DNA of 64,000 nt from Eubacteriales bacterium (GCA_051867975.1 JBJDZM010000079.1:44122-108121); one strand, 5' to 3'; numbered from the stretch's first letter, positions 9,672 to 18,631 are shown. Made by a program: numbers and translations. Notes: generated by a model not told the origin, from the letters alone.

Positions 9672-9983
9672 GTGTTTGCAATTATTGAAACCGGCGGAAA
9701 GCAGTACAAGGTAACAGAGCAGGATATTATCTTTGTTGAGAAGCTTGACTGCGCAGAGAACGACGAAGTTGTATTCGACAAGGTCGTTGCTGTTTCCACA
9801 GAGGCAGGCTTTAAGGCAGGTACACCCACGGTTGAAGGTGCAGTTGTAAAGGGTACTGTTGTAAAGAACGGTAAGGGCAAGAAGATCTATGTTCTTAAGT
9901 ACAAGTCCAAGAAGGACTCGAAGAAGAAGATTGGTCACAGACAGCCTTACACCAAGGTTCAGATCACATCTATCGTTGGCTGA
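9672..9983 (+). CDS. rplU: 50S ribosomal protein L21
   Basis: The GTG start gives [14 protein letters not shown], the canonical L21 N-terminus. The longer ORF starting at 9603 would cover the leader. Confidence 0.95.
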   Translation: MFAIIETGGKQYKVTEQDIIFVEKLDCAENDEVVFDKVVAVSTEAGFKAGTPTVEGAVVKGTVVKNGKGKKIYVLKYKSKKDSKKKIGHRQPYTKVQITSIVG

Positions 9984-9988
9984 TCATT

Positions 9989-10351
9989 ATGACGAAAATA
10001 GTATTTTTTCGCAGTGACGGCATCTTCTACGGATTTGAGGAACAGGGTCATACGGGCTTTGGCACCGAGGGGGACGATGTCCTTTGCGCGGCGCTTTCTG
10101 CTATGACGATGCTGATAATCAACGCCGTGGAGATAGCGTACGATTCTTCGGTCGATTATGAGATCGACGAAGAGACAACAAACATCCGAGTAAGGTCAAA
10201 GGCGGCTCTTCCCGAGTTTGAGGAGGATGAGCTTAAAAGATATGCGGTATCGGGAATTTTCCTTGCATACTATAAGCAGATTGAAGACCTTTGCGAGGAG
10301 TATTACGATTTTCTCGACGTAAAAATCGAGGACCGTCCTTACGATGCGTAA
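9989..10351 (+). CDS. prp: Ribosomal-processing cysteine protease Prp (YsxB family)
   Basis: 120 aa lying between rplU and rpmA. Contains the GH..G....D.LCAA.S motif (GHTGFGTEGDDVLCAALSA). Confidence 0.85.
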   Translation: MTKIVFFRSDGIFYGFEEQGHTGFGTEGDDVLCAALSAMTMLIINAVEIAYDSSVDYEIDEETTNIRVRSKAALPEFEEDELKRYAVSGIFLAYYKQIEDLCEEYYDFLDVKIEDRPYDA

Positions 10352-10391
10352 GACGGGCAACTAACACAACACAAATCAGGAGGTAAAGATA

Positions 10392-10670
10392 ATGGTAAAG
10401 CTTAGTTTACAGTTCTTTGCTCATAAGAAGGGTGTCGGTTCTACAAAGAACGGCCGTGACAGTGAATCCAAGCGCCTCGGCGTAAAGAGAGCTGACGGTC
10501 AGGCGGTTCTCGCCGGCAACATTATCGTAAGACAGAGAGGAACAGCCATTCATCCCGGTAACAATGTCGGTATCGGTAAGGATGATACACTTTTCGCTCT
10601 TATCAACGGTAAGGTAAAGTTTGAGCATAAGGTTGGAGGAAAGAAGCAGGTAAGCGTTTACGCTGACTGA
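10392..10670 (+). CDS. rpmA: 50S ribosomal protein L27 (with Prp-cleaved N-terminal extension)
   Basis: [24 protein letters not shown]. The extension ending in FF before AHKKG is the known Prp cleavage context. Confidence 0.97.
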   Translation: MVKLSLQFFAHKKGVGSTKNGRDSESKRLGVKRADGQAVLAGNIIVRQRGTAIHPGNNVGIGKDDTLFALINGKVKFEHKVGGKKQVSVYAD

Positions 10671-10683
10671 TATTTCCGGACAT

Positions 10684-10726
10684 AAACAGAGGGTATGGCA
10701 AAAAGCGCATACCCTCTGTTTATTTG
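10684..10726 (+). terminator. Intrinsic terminator of rplU-prp-rpmA
   Basis: 14-bp stem AAACAGAGGGTATG/CATACCCTCTGTTT followed by a T-rich tail. Confidence 0.85.
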
Positions 10727-10745
10727 AAACGATATTTGAAAAATC

Positions 10746-10773
10746 TTGACTTATTGTTTTTTGGTGATATAAT
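10746..10773 (+). promoter_or_regulatory. sigma-A-type promoter of the RluA-family gene
   Basis: TTGACT, 16 nt, TGaTATAAT. Confidence 0.6.
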
Positions 10774-10807
10774 TGATTCATAAATACACTTGAGGGAGCA
10801 TTCTGTT

Positions 10808-11488
10808 TTGAAAATTCTTTATGAGGACAAATATTTGATTCTTTGCGAGAAGCCTGTCGGTGTTGAGTCACAGAGAAGCAGTCGGGGTGGCGAGGATATG
10901 CTCACACTGCTTGAAGAATACAGACATGAGAAGGGTGAGGACGGCTACGTTGGGCTTGTGCATAGGCTTGATACCGCAACGGGCGGCGCGATGATTTACT
11001 CAAAGCGCGAGGATATGACGGGAAAGCTATCGGCTCTCGTCCGGTCGGATGATTACAAGAAGACCTATTTGGCAGTGATTCACGGAGTGCCCGACAAGCC
11101 TATGGGCGAGATGCGCGACCTGCTTTTTCACGATAAGCAAAGGAATAAGTCCTATGTCTGTGACAAAGAACGGTCGGGAGTCAAGGAAGCGATACTGAAT
11201 TACCGAGTTTTAAAGACCGTCGGGCAAGAGGGCGGCGATGGAATGTCGCTTGTTGAAATCAGGCTCGTTACGGGCAGAACGCACCAGATAAGAGTTCAGT
11301 TTGCCTCGCGGAAAATGCCGCTTGTCGGTGACGGAAAGTACGGCAGCAGAGACAACAAGGCGAATATGTCACTTTGGTCGCACAGGGTTGAATTTATCCA
11401 TCCTCAAACTAAAAAGGAAATTTGCGCGGAGAGCCTACCGCCGCCTAATTATCCGTGGAATTTATTTGATATCACCGAAATAACCTAA
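10808..11488 (+). CDS. RluA-family pseudouridine synthase
   Basis: KILYEDKYLILCEKPVG, the catalytic HRLD motif and GRTHQIRVQ are present. TTG 10808 is preferred because a GAGGGAG RBS lies 8 nt upstream. The track start at 10790 would be almost leaderless. Confidence 0.85.
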   Translation: MKILYEDKYLILCEKPVGVESQRSSRGGEDMLTLLEEYRHEKGEDGYVGLVHRLDTATGGAMIYSKREDMTGKLSALVRSDDYKKTYLAVIHGVPDKPMGEMRDLLFHDKQRNKSYVCDKERSGVKEAILNYRVLKTVGQEGGDGMSLVEIRLVTGRTHQIRVQFASRKMPLVGDGKYGSRDNKANMSLWSHRVEFIHPQTKKEICAESLPPPNYPWNLFDITEIT

Positions 11489-11499
11489 TAAAACCGATA

Positions 11500-11540
11500 A
11501 AACCAAATGCAAAAAATGTATCCTTTGCATTTGGTTTTGT
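11500..11540. terminator. Bidirectional terminator (RluA gene / cwlD)
   Basis: 14-bp stem AAACCAAATGCAAA/TTTGCATTTGGTTT flanked by A- and T-runs. Confidence 0.8.
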
Positions 11541-11564
11541 AATAAGAAGATTGTCAAGAACGCT

Positions 11565-12314
11565 TTAGCTCTCGGTTCTGTCGGCACCTTCATGCAAAAA
11601 ATCCACGATGGAGCCGAAAATAGTAAAAGCAACTTTTTGCCTGTATTCCTCGGTCGCAAATTTTGCCGCCTCAATGGGGTTTGAGAGAAATCCGCACTCT
11701 ACGAGAACTGCCGGGCAGGGAGCCTTGTCAAGTAAAAAAATCGCGCTCGTGGCGGCTTTTATTTTCCTGTTGTTGTCGGGCTGCAGTAGAGCTTTGTTGT
11801 TTGCCTGAACCCTTTCTGCAAGCACGATTGAGTCACTGAAATTTTGCGAATACCACACCTGAAGTCCCGAGTATTTCGAGTCCTGATATGAGTTCATATG
11901 TATGCTGACGAAGATCGCGTTTTCCGAATTTTGCATGACGTTCAGTCTCGCGGCGTGGTCGAGCTTTTTCTTTCTGCCCTGAAAATCGACGTTTCGGTCA
12001 TAAAGCAATCTGTCGTCTTCCCGTGTCATTACGGCGTTTATTCCGCTTGCCCTGAGCATTTCGCAAAGCATCTTGGCAATACTCAAATTGATGTCTTTTT
12101 CAACAAGTCCCGAAGCGCTTGATGTCCCTCCGTCCTCGCCGCCGTGACCCGCATCTATTATGACCGTCGTGTATTTTGGCGTCTTCACCTCTGCCGCCGC
12201 ACCGCTATACGGTGCCGGAAGACGGAACGTACCGAGGAAGAAAGCCAGCACGCAAAGACAGATCGAAGATAATAAAAAGAAAAGAGTAATCTTTAAAAAA
12301 CATATTTTATTCAT
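11565..12314 (-). CDS. cwlD: N-acetylmuramoyl-L-alanine amidase, CwlD-like (germination-specific type)
   Basis: 249 aa from ATG 12314. An N-terminal TM anchor is followed by IIDAGHGGEDGG...EKDINL...SIHMNS amidase_3 motifs. The 348-aa track ORF would overlap glyA and lacks support. Confidence 0.8.
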   Translation of the reverse strand: MNKICFLKITLFFLLSSICLCVLAFFLGTFRLPAPYSGAAAEVKTPKYTTVIIDAGHGGEDGGTSSASGLVEKDINLSIAKMLCEMLRASGINAVMTREDDRLLYDRNVDFQGRKKKLDHAARLNVMQNSENAIFVSIHMNSYQDSKYSGLQVWYSQNFSDSIVLAERVQANNKALLQPDNNRKIKAATSAIFLLDKAPCPAVLVECGFLSNPIEAAKFATEEYRQKVAFTIFGSIVDFLHEGADRTES

Positions 12315-12473
12315 TTTTGTCCCCGTATCAATATTTACTTGTATATCATATTCGGTTGAAGTATTTTTAATGTGAGATACTGCCGCTTTTGTGCAAAAAA
12401 AGCAACGGTCTGCCAAAAGGGCGATATCTTTCACTGCAATACGAACAAAAATGATTAAACGGGTATATTTTGC

Positions 12474-12502
12474 TTGACAAAAAATGCGGTTTGTAGTATA
12501 AT
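12474..12502 (+). promoter_or_regulatory. sigma-A-type promoter of glyA-guaB
   Basis: TTGACA, 17 nt, TATAAT. Confidence 0.7.
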
Positions 12503-12576
12503 TGTTCTTAATAAAATTTTCATGGGAATATACGATAAATTCCCGATTTTGACACAAAAAGAAAGGAAAAACCGAG

Positions 12577-13815
12577 ATGAATTTTTTTGACGAGCTTGAA
12601 TATTTCGACAAAGAAGTGCATGATGCCTGTAATCTTGAGCTTGAGCGTCAACAGCACAACATTGAGCTTATTGCGTCAGAGAACATCGTGTCGAAAGCGG
12701 TGTTGTTGGCGGCAGGAACACCTCTTACGAATAAGTACGCCGAGGGATTTCCCGGTAAGCGTTACTACGGTGGATGTCAGTGTGTAGATATCGTAGAGAA
12801 TATCGCGCGCGAACGTGCAAAGAAGCTTTTCGGAGCGGAGCACGCAAACGTCCAGCCTCACAGTGGCGCTTCTGCGAATCTCGCGGTATTTTTTGCGCTT
12901 TTGGAGCCGGGAGACACGGTCATGGGACTCAATCTGGCGCACGGCGGACATCTCTCGCACGGTTCTCCCGTAAACATCTCGGGAAAATATTTCAATATAG
13001 TTCCATACAGCGTTGACGACGAGACTGCCATGCTTGACTACGATGCGATAAGACAGACGGCTCTTGAATGTAGACCTAAGATGATAATCGCGGGTGCAAG
13101 CGCATATTCAAGAACTATCGATTTTGAAAAGATAGGAGAGATTGCAAAGGAAGTCGGCGCATATTTTATGGTAGATATGGCGCATATTGCGGGACTTGTA
13201 GCCGCAGGACTTCATCCCTCTCCCGTTCCTTACGCTGACGTGGTCACGACCACTACGCACAAGACGCTTCGCGGACCTCGCGGCGGAATGATACTTTGCC
13301 GTGAAGAGCTTGCGCAGAAGATAGACAAGGCGGTGTTCCCCGGAACACAGGGCGGACCTCTCATGCACATCATCGCCGCAAAGGCGGTGGCGCTCGGCGA
13401 AGCTCTCAAGCCCGAATTTAAGGAATATCAGCAGAATATCGTCAATAACGCAAAGGTTCTTTGCAATGCACTCAAGGAAGAGGGCTTCAGAATAGTGTCG
13501 GGAGACACCGATAATCACCTTATGCTCATTGACCTTCGTCCCTTCGGCGTTACAGGCAAGGAGATGGAACGCAGACTTGACGAGGTCCACATCACGGCAA
13601 ACAAAAACGCAATTCCGAACGACCCCGAGAAGCCGTTTGTAACAAGCGGAATCCGAGTCGGAACACCGGCGGTCACGTCACGCGGATTCGGCGAGGAAGA
13701 GATGAAGATGATTGCAAAGTGGATGAAGACGGTCGCTACCGACTTTGAGGCAAATAAGGAGAGAATAAGCGCAGAGGTAATGGCTCTCTGCGAAAAATAC
13801 CCCATATATAACTGA
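12577..13815 (+). CDS. glyA: Serine hydroxymethyltransferase
   Basis: 412 aa with [16 protein letters not shown] and the PLP-lysine context [14 protein letters not shown]. Confidence 0.97.
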   Translation: MNFFDELEYFDKEVHDACNLELERQQHNIELIASENIVSKAVLLAAGTPLTNKYAEGFPGKRYYGGCQCVDIVENIARERAKKLFGAEHANVQPHSGASANLAVFFALLEPGDTVMGLNLAHGGHLSHGSPVNISGKYFNIVPYSVDDETAMLDYDAIRQTALECRPKMIIAGASAYSRTIDFEKIGEIAKEVGAYFMVDMAHIAGLVAAGLHPSPVPYADVVTTTTHKTLRGPRGGMILCREELAQKIDKAVFPGTQGGPLMHIIAAKAVALGEALKPEFKEYQQNIVNNAKVLCNALKEEGFRIVSGDTDNHLMLIDLRPFGVTGKEMERRLDEVHITANKNAIPNDPEKPFVTSGIRVGTPAVTSRGFGEEEMKMIAKWMKTVATDFEANKERISAEVMALCEKYPIYN

Positions 13816-13833
13816 TAAAAGGAGATAGAGAGA

Positions 13834-15336
13834 ATGGCAAAGTTTATCAATGAACCCTCACATACGTTTAACGAGTATCTTCTCATTCCGGGATATTCCT
13901 CAAGCGAGTGCATACCTGCAAATGTGAGTCTCAAAACACCTCTTGTAAAGTTCAAAAAGGGCGAAAAACCTGCGATTACAATGAATATTCCGATGGTTTC
14001 GGCTATCATGCAGGCGGTATCAGGCGACAAGCTTGCCGTTGCCTTGGCAACCGAGGGCGGTGTGTCATTTATTTACGGCTCGCAGTCGATTGAGGATCAG
14101 GCTGCAATGGTAAAGAGAGCAAAAGACCACAAGGCAGGATTTGTCACAAGCGATTCGAATGTTCGTCCCGATTCGACTCTTGCCGATATCATCGCGCTTA
14201 AGGAAAAGACCGGTCACTCGACCGTTGCCGTCACATCGGACGGAACACCCGAAGGCAAGCTTCTCGGTATTGTGACGGGCAGAGACTACCGCGTCAGCCG
14301 TATGTCGACAGACACAAAAGTCGAGACATTTATGACTCCTTTTGATAAGCTCGTCGTTGCAAAAGAGGGAACGACTCTCAAAGAAGCTAACGACATCATC
14401 TGGGACCATAAGCTCAACTCTCTCCCCATAATCGACGACAAGCAGAGACTCCGCTATTTCGTATTCCGTAAGGACTATACCTCTCATAAAAATAACCCTA
14501 ACGAGTTGCTTGATGCGGATAAGAGATACGTTGTAGGCGCAGGTATCAACACGCGCGACTACGCGGAGAGAATTCCGGCACTTGTTGAGGCAGGCGTTGA
14601 CGTCGTGTGCATCGACTCATCCGAGGGCTTTTCCGAGTGGCAGCAGAGAACTATCGCTTGGGTGAGAGAAAAATACGGCGACAGTGTTAAGATCGGAGCG
14701 GGAAACGTCGTTGATGCGGCTGGATTCAGGTTTCTTGCAGATTGCGGTGCCGATTTTATCAAGGTCGGTATCGGCGGAGGCTCTATCTGCATTACGCGCG
14801 AGACAAAGGGCATCGGCAGAGGTCAGGCAACCGCACTCATAGAGGTCTGCGCAGAAAGAGACAAATATTTTGAAGAAACAGGCGTTTATGTTCCCGTTTG
14901 TTCCGACGGCGGTATCGTTTACGATCACCATATTACGCTTTCGCTCGCAATGGGCGCTGATTTCGTAATGCTCGGAAGATATTTTGCACGTTTTGACGAG
15001 TCTCCTTCCAATAAGGTGAGCATAGGCGGAACGTATTACAAGGAATATTGGGGCGAAGGCTCGGCACGCGCGAGAAACTGGCAGAGATACGACCTCGGCG
15101 GAGATAAGAAGCTTTCTTTTGAGGAAGGCGTTGATTCTTATGTTCCTTACGCCGGAAGCCTTAAGGATAATGTTGCGATGACGCTTGCAAAGGTAAAATC
15201 GACCATGTGCAACTGCGGCGCATTGACTATCCCCGAGCTTCAGGAGAAGGCAACGCTGACTCTCGTCTCTGCGACAAGCATAGTCGAGGGCGGAGCGCAT
15301 GATGTAATCCAGAAGGAAAAGACAACAGTTAAATAA
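13834..15336 (+). CDS. guaB: IMP dehydrogenase (500-aa clostridial type with CBS pair)
   Basis: TIM-barrel motifs are present. The catalytic loop is [12 protein letters not shown], which contains the Cys. A CBS insert covers about aa 100-210. The gene sits 18 nt after glyA. Confidence 0.85.
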   Translation: MAKFINEPSHTFNEYLLIPGYSSSECIPANVSLKTPLVKFKKGEKPAITMNIPMVSAIMQAVSGDKLAVALATEGGVSFIYGSQSIEDQAAMVKRAKDHKAGFVTSDSNVRPDSTLADIIALKEKTGHSTVAVTSDGTPEGKLLGIVTGRDYRVSRMSTDTKVETFMTPFDKLVVAKEGTTLKEANDIIWDHKLNSLPIIDDKQRLRYFVFRKDYTSHKNNPNELLDADKRYVVGAGINTRDYAERIPALVEAGVDVVCIDSSEGFSEWQQRTIAWVREKYGDSVKIGAGNVVDAAGFRFLADCGADFIKVGIGGGSICITRETKGIGRGQATALIEVCAERDKYFEETGVYVPVCSDGGIVYDHHITLSLAMGADFVMLGRYFARFDESPSNKVSIGGTYYKEYWGEGSARARNWQRYDLGGDKKLSFEEGVDSYVPYAGSLKDNVAMTLAKVKSTMCNCGALTIPELQEKATLTLVSATSIVEGGAHDVIQKEKTTVK

Positions 15337-15353
15337 AACACCCGAACAAAATG

Positions 15354-15400
15354 AAGGGGCAGAACCAATCGCCGTTAAAAAGCTTTTGACTCTGCCCCTT
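15354..15400. terminator. Hairpin between the convergent guaB and ThyX-like genes
   Basis: 10-bp stem AAGGGGCAGA/TCTGCCCCTT with a long 27-nt loop. Confidence 0.5.
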
Positions 15401-15405
15401 TAATA

Positions 15406-15945
15406 TCAATATTCTTTTATATATTTTTTATTAAGCCCACAGGGATAAAATTCCGTGCACCGTCCTCCGCGGTATGAACACATGGGTTCAAGCGTTCCGA
15501 TAAATTCGGGGCAGGCTTCCTCTACAAGTCTCTTTATTTCTTCCATGACTGCTCTCGTTGCAGGGTCTGCCTGCATGCAAAGACGGCGGCGTGACATGAA
15601 CATAAGCTCCTGAGCATTTATATACATCATGTGTGAAACAGGTGAGTCCTGCGGAGCCTTCGTGCGGTCATATTTTTCTTGACGGTCGTTTCTCTGACTC
15701 TGTACGAAGTGAGTCACACCGATGAAGTGTCGGCAGAAATGAACCGAGACGTAGTAGGGAATATTCATTTTTATGCAGAAATTGAGCGTGCGTATCGGGC
15801 TATGCTCGCTCAGCAAGAGCTTGTGTCTCCATTCTGCCGTCGGGAGCTTAGTGCTTGTCTTGCCGACGGTGTTGAGAGTGCATAGCTTTGTGAGCATCCA
15901 ATCTTCTTCCGATGGGTATTTTAAAAGTTCGACCTTGAAATCCAT
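15406..15945 (-). CDS. ThyX-fold (Thy1-like) protein, short and divergent
   Basis: 179 aa. SEHSPIRTLNFCIKMNIPYYVSVHFCRHFIGVTHFVQSQR aligns by eye to ThyX HETPFEH...RQWFRHRIASYNELSGRY. NAQELMFMSRRR aligns to NARSLMNFLNLR. The RHR motif is RHF, and about 55 aa of the ThyX middle region are missing. Confidence 0.4.
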   Translation of the reverse strand: MDFKVELLKYPSEEDWMLTKLCTLNTVGKTSTKLPTAEWRHKLLLSEHSPIRTLNFCIKMNIPYYVSVHFCRHFIGVTHFVQSQRNDRQEKYDRTKAPQDSPVSHMMYINAQELMFMSRRRLCMQADPATRAVMEEIKRLVEEACPEFIGTLEPMCSYRGGRCTEFYPCGLNKKYIKEY

Positions 15946-15989
15946 TTTTTATTCCGCCTTTCGCTTGATTCAACATAAATTCAAATACG

Positions 15990-16018
15990 ATTTTATCACA
16001 TATTACACGGTAAGTCAA
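15990..16018 (-). promoter_or_regulatory. sigma-A-type promoter of the ThyX-like gene
   Basis: Minus strand: TTGACT, 17 nt, TGaTAAAAT. Confidence 0.6.
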
Positions 16019-16068
16019 TCAGCAAAAATGTAAATTTTTCGTTTTTTCTGCAGAAATGAAAAAAAGTG

Positions 16069-16097
16069 TTGACAAAATGCGGACAAGGTGGTAGAAT
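16069..16097 (+). promoter_or_regulatory. sigma-A-type promoter of the Mn riboswitch-mntP unit
   Basis: TTGACA, 17 nt, TGgTAGAAT. Confidence 0.7.
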
Positions 16098-16103
16098 AGA
16101 GTG

Positions 16104-16272
16104 CGTATGAGGGAGTAGTGACCGTTCGCTTCGGCTTCGGAACAAGTCAACATACTGGTCGGAATATGCGACCTGGCTTGTTTTAATTCGCGAGACTCAT
16201 GTGTGGTTTTTGCCGTGCATGGAGTCTTTTTATTTTGTTTTGACTTCGGTATGGCGGCATACCGGATTTTTT
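16104..16272 (+). promoter_or_regulatory. yybP-ykoY (Mn2+) riboswitch with expression platform
   Basis: P1 AUGAG (16107-16111) pairs with CUCAU (16196-16200). The conserved GGAGUAG (16112-16118), AAGUCAACAUAC and GAGACUC are present. Terminator arm GACUCAUG (16194-16201) overlaps the P1 3' strand and pairs with CAUGGAGUC (16218-16226), followed by a U-run, which is ON-switch logic. A second hairpin lies at 16248-16263 with its own U-run. The downstream gene is mntP. Confidence 0.8.
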
Positions 16273-16290
16273 ATAAACAGAGGTAAAAAA

Positions 16291-16872
16291 ATGTTTGACT
16301 TTTCTTTTTTCTTTGTAAGCATCTCGCTCGGAATCGGACTTGCCATGGATGCCTTTTCGGTCTCGCTTGCAAACGGACTTAACGAGCCTTGCATGAAAAC
16401 TCGCAAAATGTGCGGCGTTGCGGGCATGTTTGCGTTTTTTCAGGGACTTATGCCGATGCTCGGTTGGGTGTGCGTTCACACGATAGTCGGGTATTTCACG
16501 TGGTTTGAGAGGTGCATACCGTGGATAGCCTTGGCGTTGCTCGGATTTATCGGCGGAAAAATGCTTTATGAGGGAATAAAGAATCGTGACGGCGAGGTCG
16601 AATGTGCGAATCTGACCTTTAAAGCACTGATAGTGCAGGGAATTGCAACGTCAATAGACGCGCTCTCGGTCGGATTTACGATTGCCGAATACGAGTGGTT
16701 TGCCGCTCTTGTCTCTGCTGTGATAATTGCGCTTGTGACCTTTATCATATGTATGTTCGGACTGCTTATAGGCAAAAAAGTCGGAACGAAGCTCGCAGGA
16801 AGAGCGGGAATCTTGGGCGGTGTGATACTCATTTGCATCGGTCTTGAGATATTTATCACAAGTTTCCTCTGA
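16291..16872 (+). CDS. mntP: Manganese efflux pump MntP
   Basis: 193 aa from ATG 16291, with an AGAGG RBS. The duplicated DUF204 motif is present (GLAMDAFSVSLANG and ATSIDALSVGFT). There are 6 TM segments. Confidence 0.9.
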   Translation: MFDFSFFFVSISLGIGLAMDAFSVSLANGLNEPCMKTRKMCGVAGMFAFFQGLMPMLGWVCVHTIVGYFTWFERCIPWIALALLGFIGGKMLYEGIKNRDGEVECANLTFKALIVQGIATSIDALSVGFTIAEYEWFAALVSAVIIALVTFIICMFGLLIGKKVGTKLAGRAGILGGVILICIGLEIFITSFL

Positions 16873-16908
16873 TTTTTGATAAAGTTTACAAACTGTTCAT
16901 AAAAACGC

Positions 16909-16937
16909 TTGACAAACCATATATAATATGGTATAAT
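16909..16937 (+). promoter_or_regulatory. sigma-A-type promoter of rpsF-ssb-rpsR
   Basis: TTGACA, 17 nt, TGgTATAAT. Confidence 0.75.
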
Positions 16938-16944
16938 CACATTT

Positions 16945-17030
16945 CGGTACGGTTTAGATGCAAAACCGTCTCTCTACCGCGTAAAAAAGACAAAGCGCGG
17001 TCGAATAAAGTCCATAGGGAGGTATAAAAA
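16945..17030 (+). promoter_or_regulatory. Candidate rpsF (S6:S18-binding) leader RNA
   Basis: An ~85-nt 5' UTR. Helices are GGUA-CGGUUU...AAACCG...UACC (16947-16978) and CCGCG...CGCGG (16977-17000). The call is by analogy to described rpsF leaders only. Confidence 0.3.
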
Positions 17031-17417
17031 ATGGAAAACGTATTCAATACTTATGAAACTCTGTTCATCACCGACGTATCTAACGGTGAGGAGGCAACAG
17101 CGGCAACTGTTGAGAAATTCACAAGCTTGATAGGTTCCAACGGCGAGATCATTTCGGTAAATAAGTGGGGCAAGCGTCGTCTTGCATATCCCATCAACGA
17201 TATGCCCGAGGGTTACTACACCGTTGTAACACACAAGTGCGCTCCTGATTTCCCCGCAGAGCTTGACCGTCTTTTCAATATCGACGAGTCTGTCATGCGT
17301 TCCATGACAGTAAAGCTCGAGCATGAGCCCGTAGCAGCACCTGTCGTTGAGGAGCCTGTTGCAGAAGCAGTTGAAGAGACAGCAGTTGTTGAAGAAGCAA
17401 CAAACGACGCCGAGTAA
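17031..17417 (+). CDS. rpsF: 30S ribosomal protein S6
   Basis: YETLFI...KWGKRRLAYPI with an acidic C-terminal tail. The rpsF-ssb-rpsR order is conserved. Confidence 0.95.
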   Translation: MENVFNTYETLFITDVSNGEEATAATVEKFTSLIGSNGEIISVNKWGKRRLAYPINDMPEGYYTVVTHKCAPDFPAELDRLFNIDESVMRSMTVKLEHEPVAAPVVEEPVAEAVEETAVVEEATNDAE

Positions 17418-17435
17418 TTCGATTGGAGAATAAGC

Positions 17436-17882
17436 ATGGCTAATTTTAACTTTAACAAGGTCATTCTTGGCGGTAGACTTACGGCAGACCCCGAGCTTAA
17501 GCAGACACAGAGCGGCATCGCTGTTGTTTCCTTCAGTATCGCGGTAAACCGCCGTTATTCCAAGAACGCAACACAGCAGAGCGAGACCGATTTCTTCAAC
17601 GTAACCGCATGGAGACAGACCGCTGAGTTTGTATCGCGTTACTTCAAGAAGGGTTCATCGATTTGTGTTGTCGGAACTATTCAGAACAGCACTTGGACTG
17701 ACCAGCAGAATGTTAAGCATTACAGAACCGACATCGTAGCAGATGAGGTTATGTTTGTAGACAGCCGTTCAGAGTCCTCAAACGGAGCAGACGATGCCTT
17801 TGCGGCACCTGCGTTTGCGACACCCGTAGGCAATGCGCCTAAGTTTGAGGAGATCAAGACCGACGACGATCTTCCTTTCTGA
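17436..17882 (+). CDS. ssb: Single-stranded DNA-binding protein
   Basis: OB fold beginning NKVILGGRLTADPELK, with the C-terminal tip DDDLPF. Confidence 0.95.
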   Translation: MANFNFNKVILGGRLTADPELKQTQSGIAVVSFSIAVNRRYSKNATQQSETDFFNVTAWRQTAEFVSRYFKKGSSICVVGTIQNSTWTDQQNVKHYRTDIVADEVMFVDSRSESSNGADDAFAAPAFATPVGNAPKFEEIKTDDDLPF

Positions 17883-17926
17883 TAAGGGACGCCGTCAAGA
17901 AAATTTAATTTGGAGGATTTCATAAG

Positions 17927-18181
17927 ATGGATAGAACAGAGAACACTCGTCCTGCACGCCCTGCTATGCGTGCAAAGAGAAAAAAGGTATGTATCTTCTG
18001 CGCTGATAAGGTTTCCTTTATCGATTACAAGGATTCTGCAAAGCTTCGCAAGTTCATCAGCGAGCGCGGCAAAATTCTTCCCAGAAGAGTATCGGGCGCA
18101 TGTGCAGAACACCAGAGAGAGCTTAACACAGCAATTAAGCGCGCTCGCCAGGTTGCACTTCTTCCTTACATTACCGACTGA
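17927..18181 (+). CDS. rpsR: 30S ribosomal protein S18
   Basis: 84 aa with KKVCIFC..K...IDYKD...[15 protein letters not shown]. Confidence 0.97.
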   Translation: MDRTENTRPARPAMRAKRKKVCIFCADKVSFIDYKDSAKLRKFISERGKILPRRVSGACAEHQRELNTAIKRARQVALLPYITD

Positions 18182-18199
18182 TTTAAAGTCAAATAAGAG

Positions 18200-18227
18200 A
18201 CCGCCGAGATTTTCGGCGGTTTTTTGC
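18200..18227 (+). terminator. Intrinsic terminator of rpsF-ssb-rpsR
   Basis: ACCGCCGA/TCGGCGGT stem followed by TTTTTTG. Confidence 0.85.
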
Positions 18228-18339
18228 GTTCGGGTGAGGTTTTACTCTGATAAGCTGTATTCTCTCCGTACAGACATATCTTTGCCGAACATAAAAGACT
18301 TAAATTTTCTTTTATTTTTTAATAAAAAGAAAAAAACTA

Positions 18340-18368
18340 TTGCAAAGTCGGGGAAAGTGTGTTAGAAT
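18340..18368 (+). promoter_or_regulatory. sigma-A-type promoter driving the structured RNA / LRR leader
   Basis: TTGCAA, 17 nt, TGtTAGAAT. Confidence 0.55.
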
Positions 18369-18374
18369 AATACT

Positions 18375-18546
18375 GCCAAACAAATTTAATAAGCAAATTA
18401 TAGGGATTTTTTTCCTTTTTTGACAAGGGAGAATAATACCTTCATTTGTCGTACATATCATCTATGTGAATTTGATAAAAACGCAAATTCCGACTGGTGA
18501 TGTGTACGGAAAAGTCCTTAACATTTGCTTGAAATTTGTTTGGCGA
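18375..18546 (+). ncRNA. Candidate ~170-nt rod-like structured RNA (stand-alone sRNA, 6S-like, or the 5' part of a regulatory leader)
   Basis: The predicted TSS after the promoter at 18340-18368 coincides with the first paired base. There are 32 bp of long-range pairing: 18375-87/18532-44, 18391-98/18523-30 and 18401-11/18510-20. See findings. Confidence 0.35.
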
Positions 18547-18568
18547 CAATTCGGAGTTTGCGTTTTTT

Positions 18569-18598
18569 GTGCGCTGACTTCGGTTGGCGCACTTTTTT
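18569..18598 (+). terminator. Terminator-like hairpin 34 nt upstream of the LRR start codon
   Basis: GUGCGCUGAC-UUCG-GUUGGCGCAC (10 bp including 2 G-U pairs, with a UUCG tetraloop) followed by U6. Confidence 0.7.
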
Positions 18599-18631
18599 AT
18601 ATTTTTTGTTCATTTTATGGAGGAAATGAAA

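Noticed and set aside
12503-12576. Possible ZTP/THF-type riboswitch upstream of glyA (and of folD at about 45000).
   Set aside because: The glyA 5' UTR is only about 70 nt, with one small hairpin (GGGAAU/AUUCCC) and none of the conserved cores. folD overlaps lgt and has no leader at all.
12315-12611. A 5' extension of the cwlD ORF (348-aa version) overlapping the glyA promoter and start.
   Set aside because: The extension has no homology to amidases and no RBS, and it overlaps glyA. The internal ATG 12314 gives the expected TM anchor plus amidase domain.
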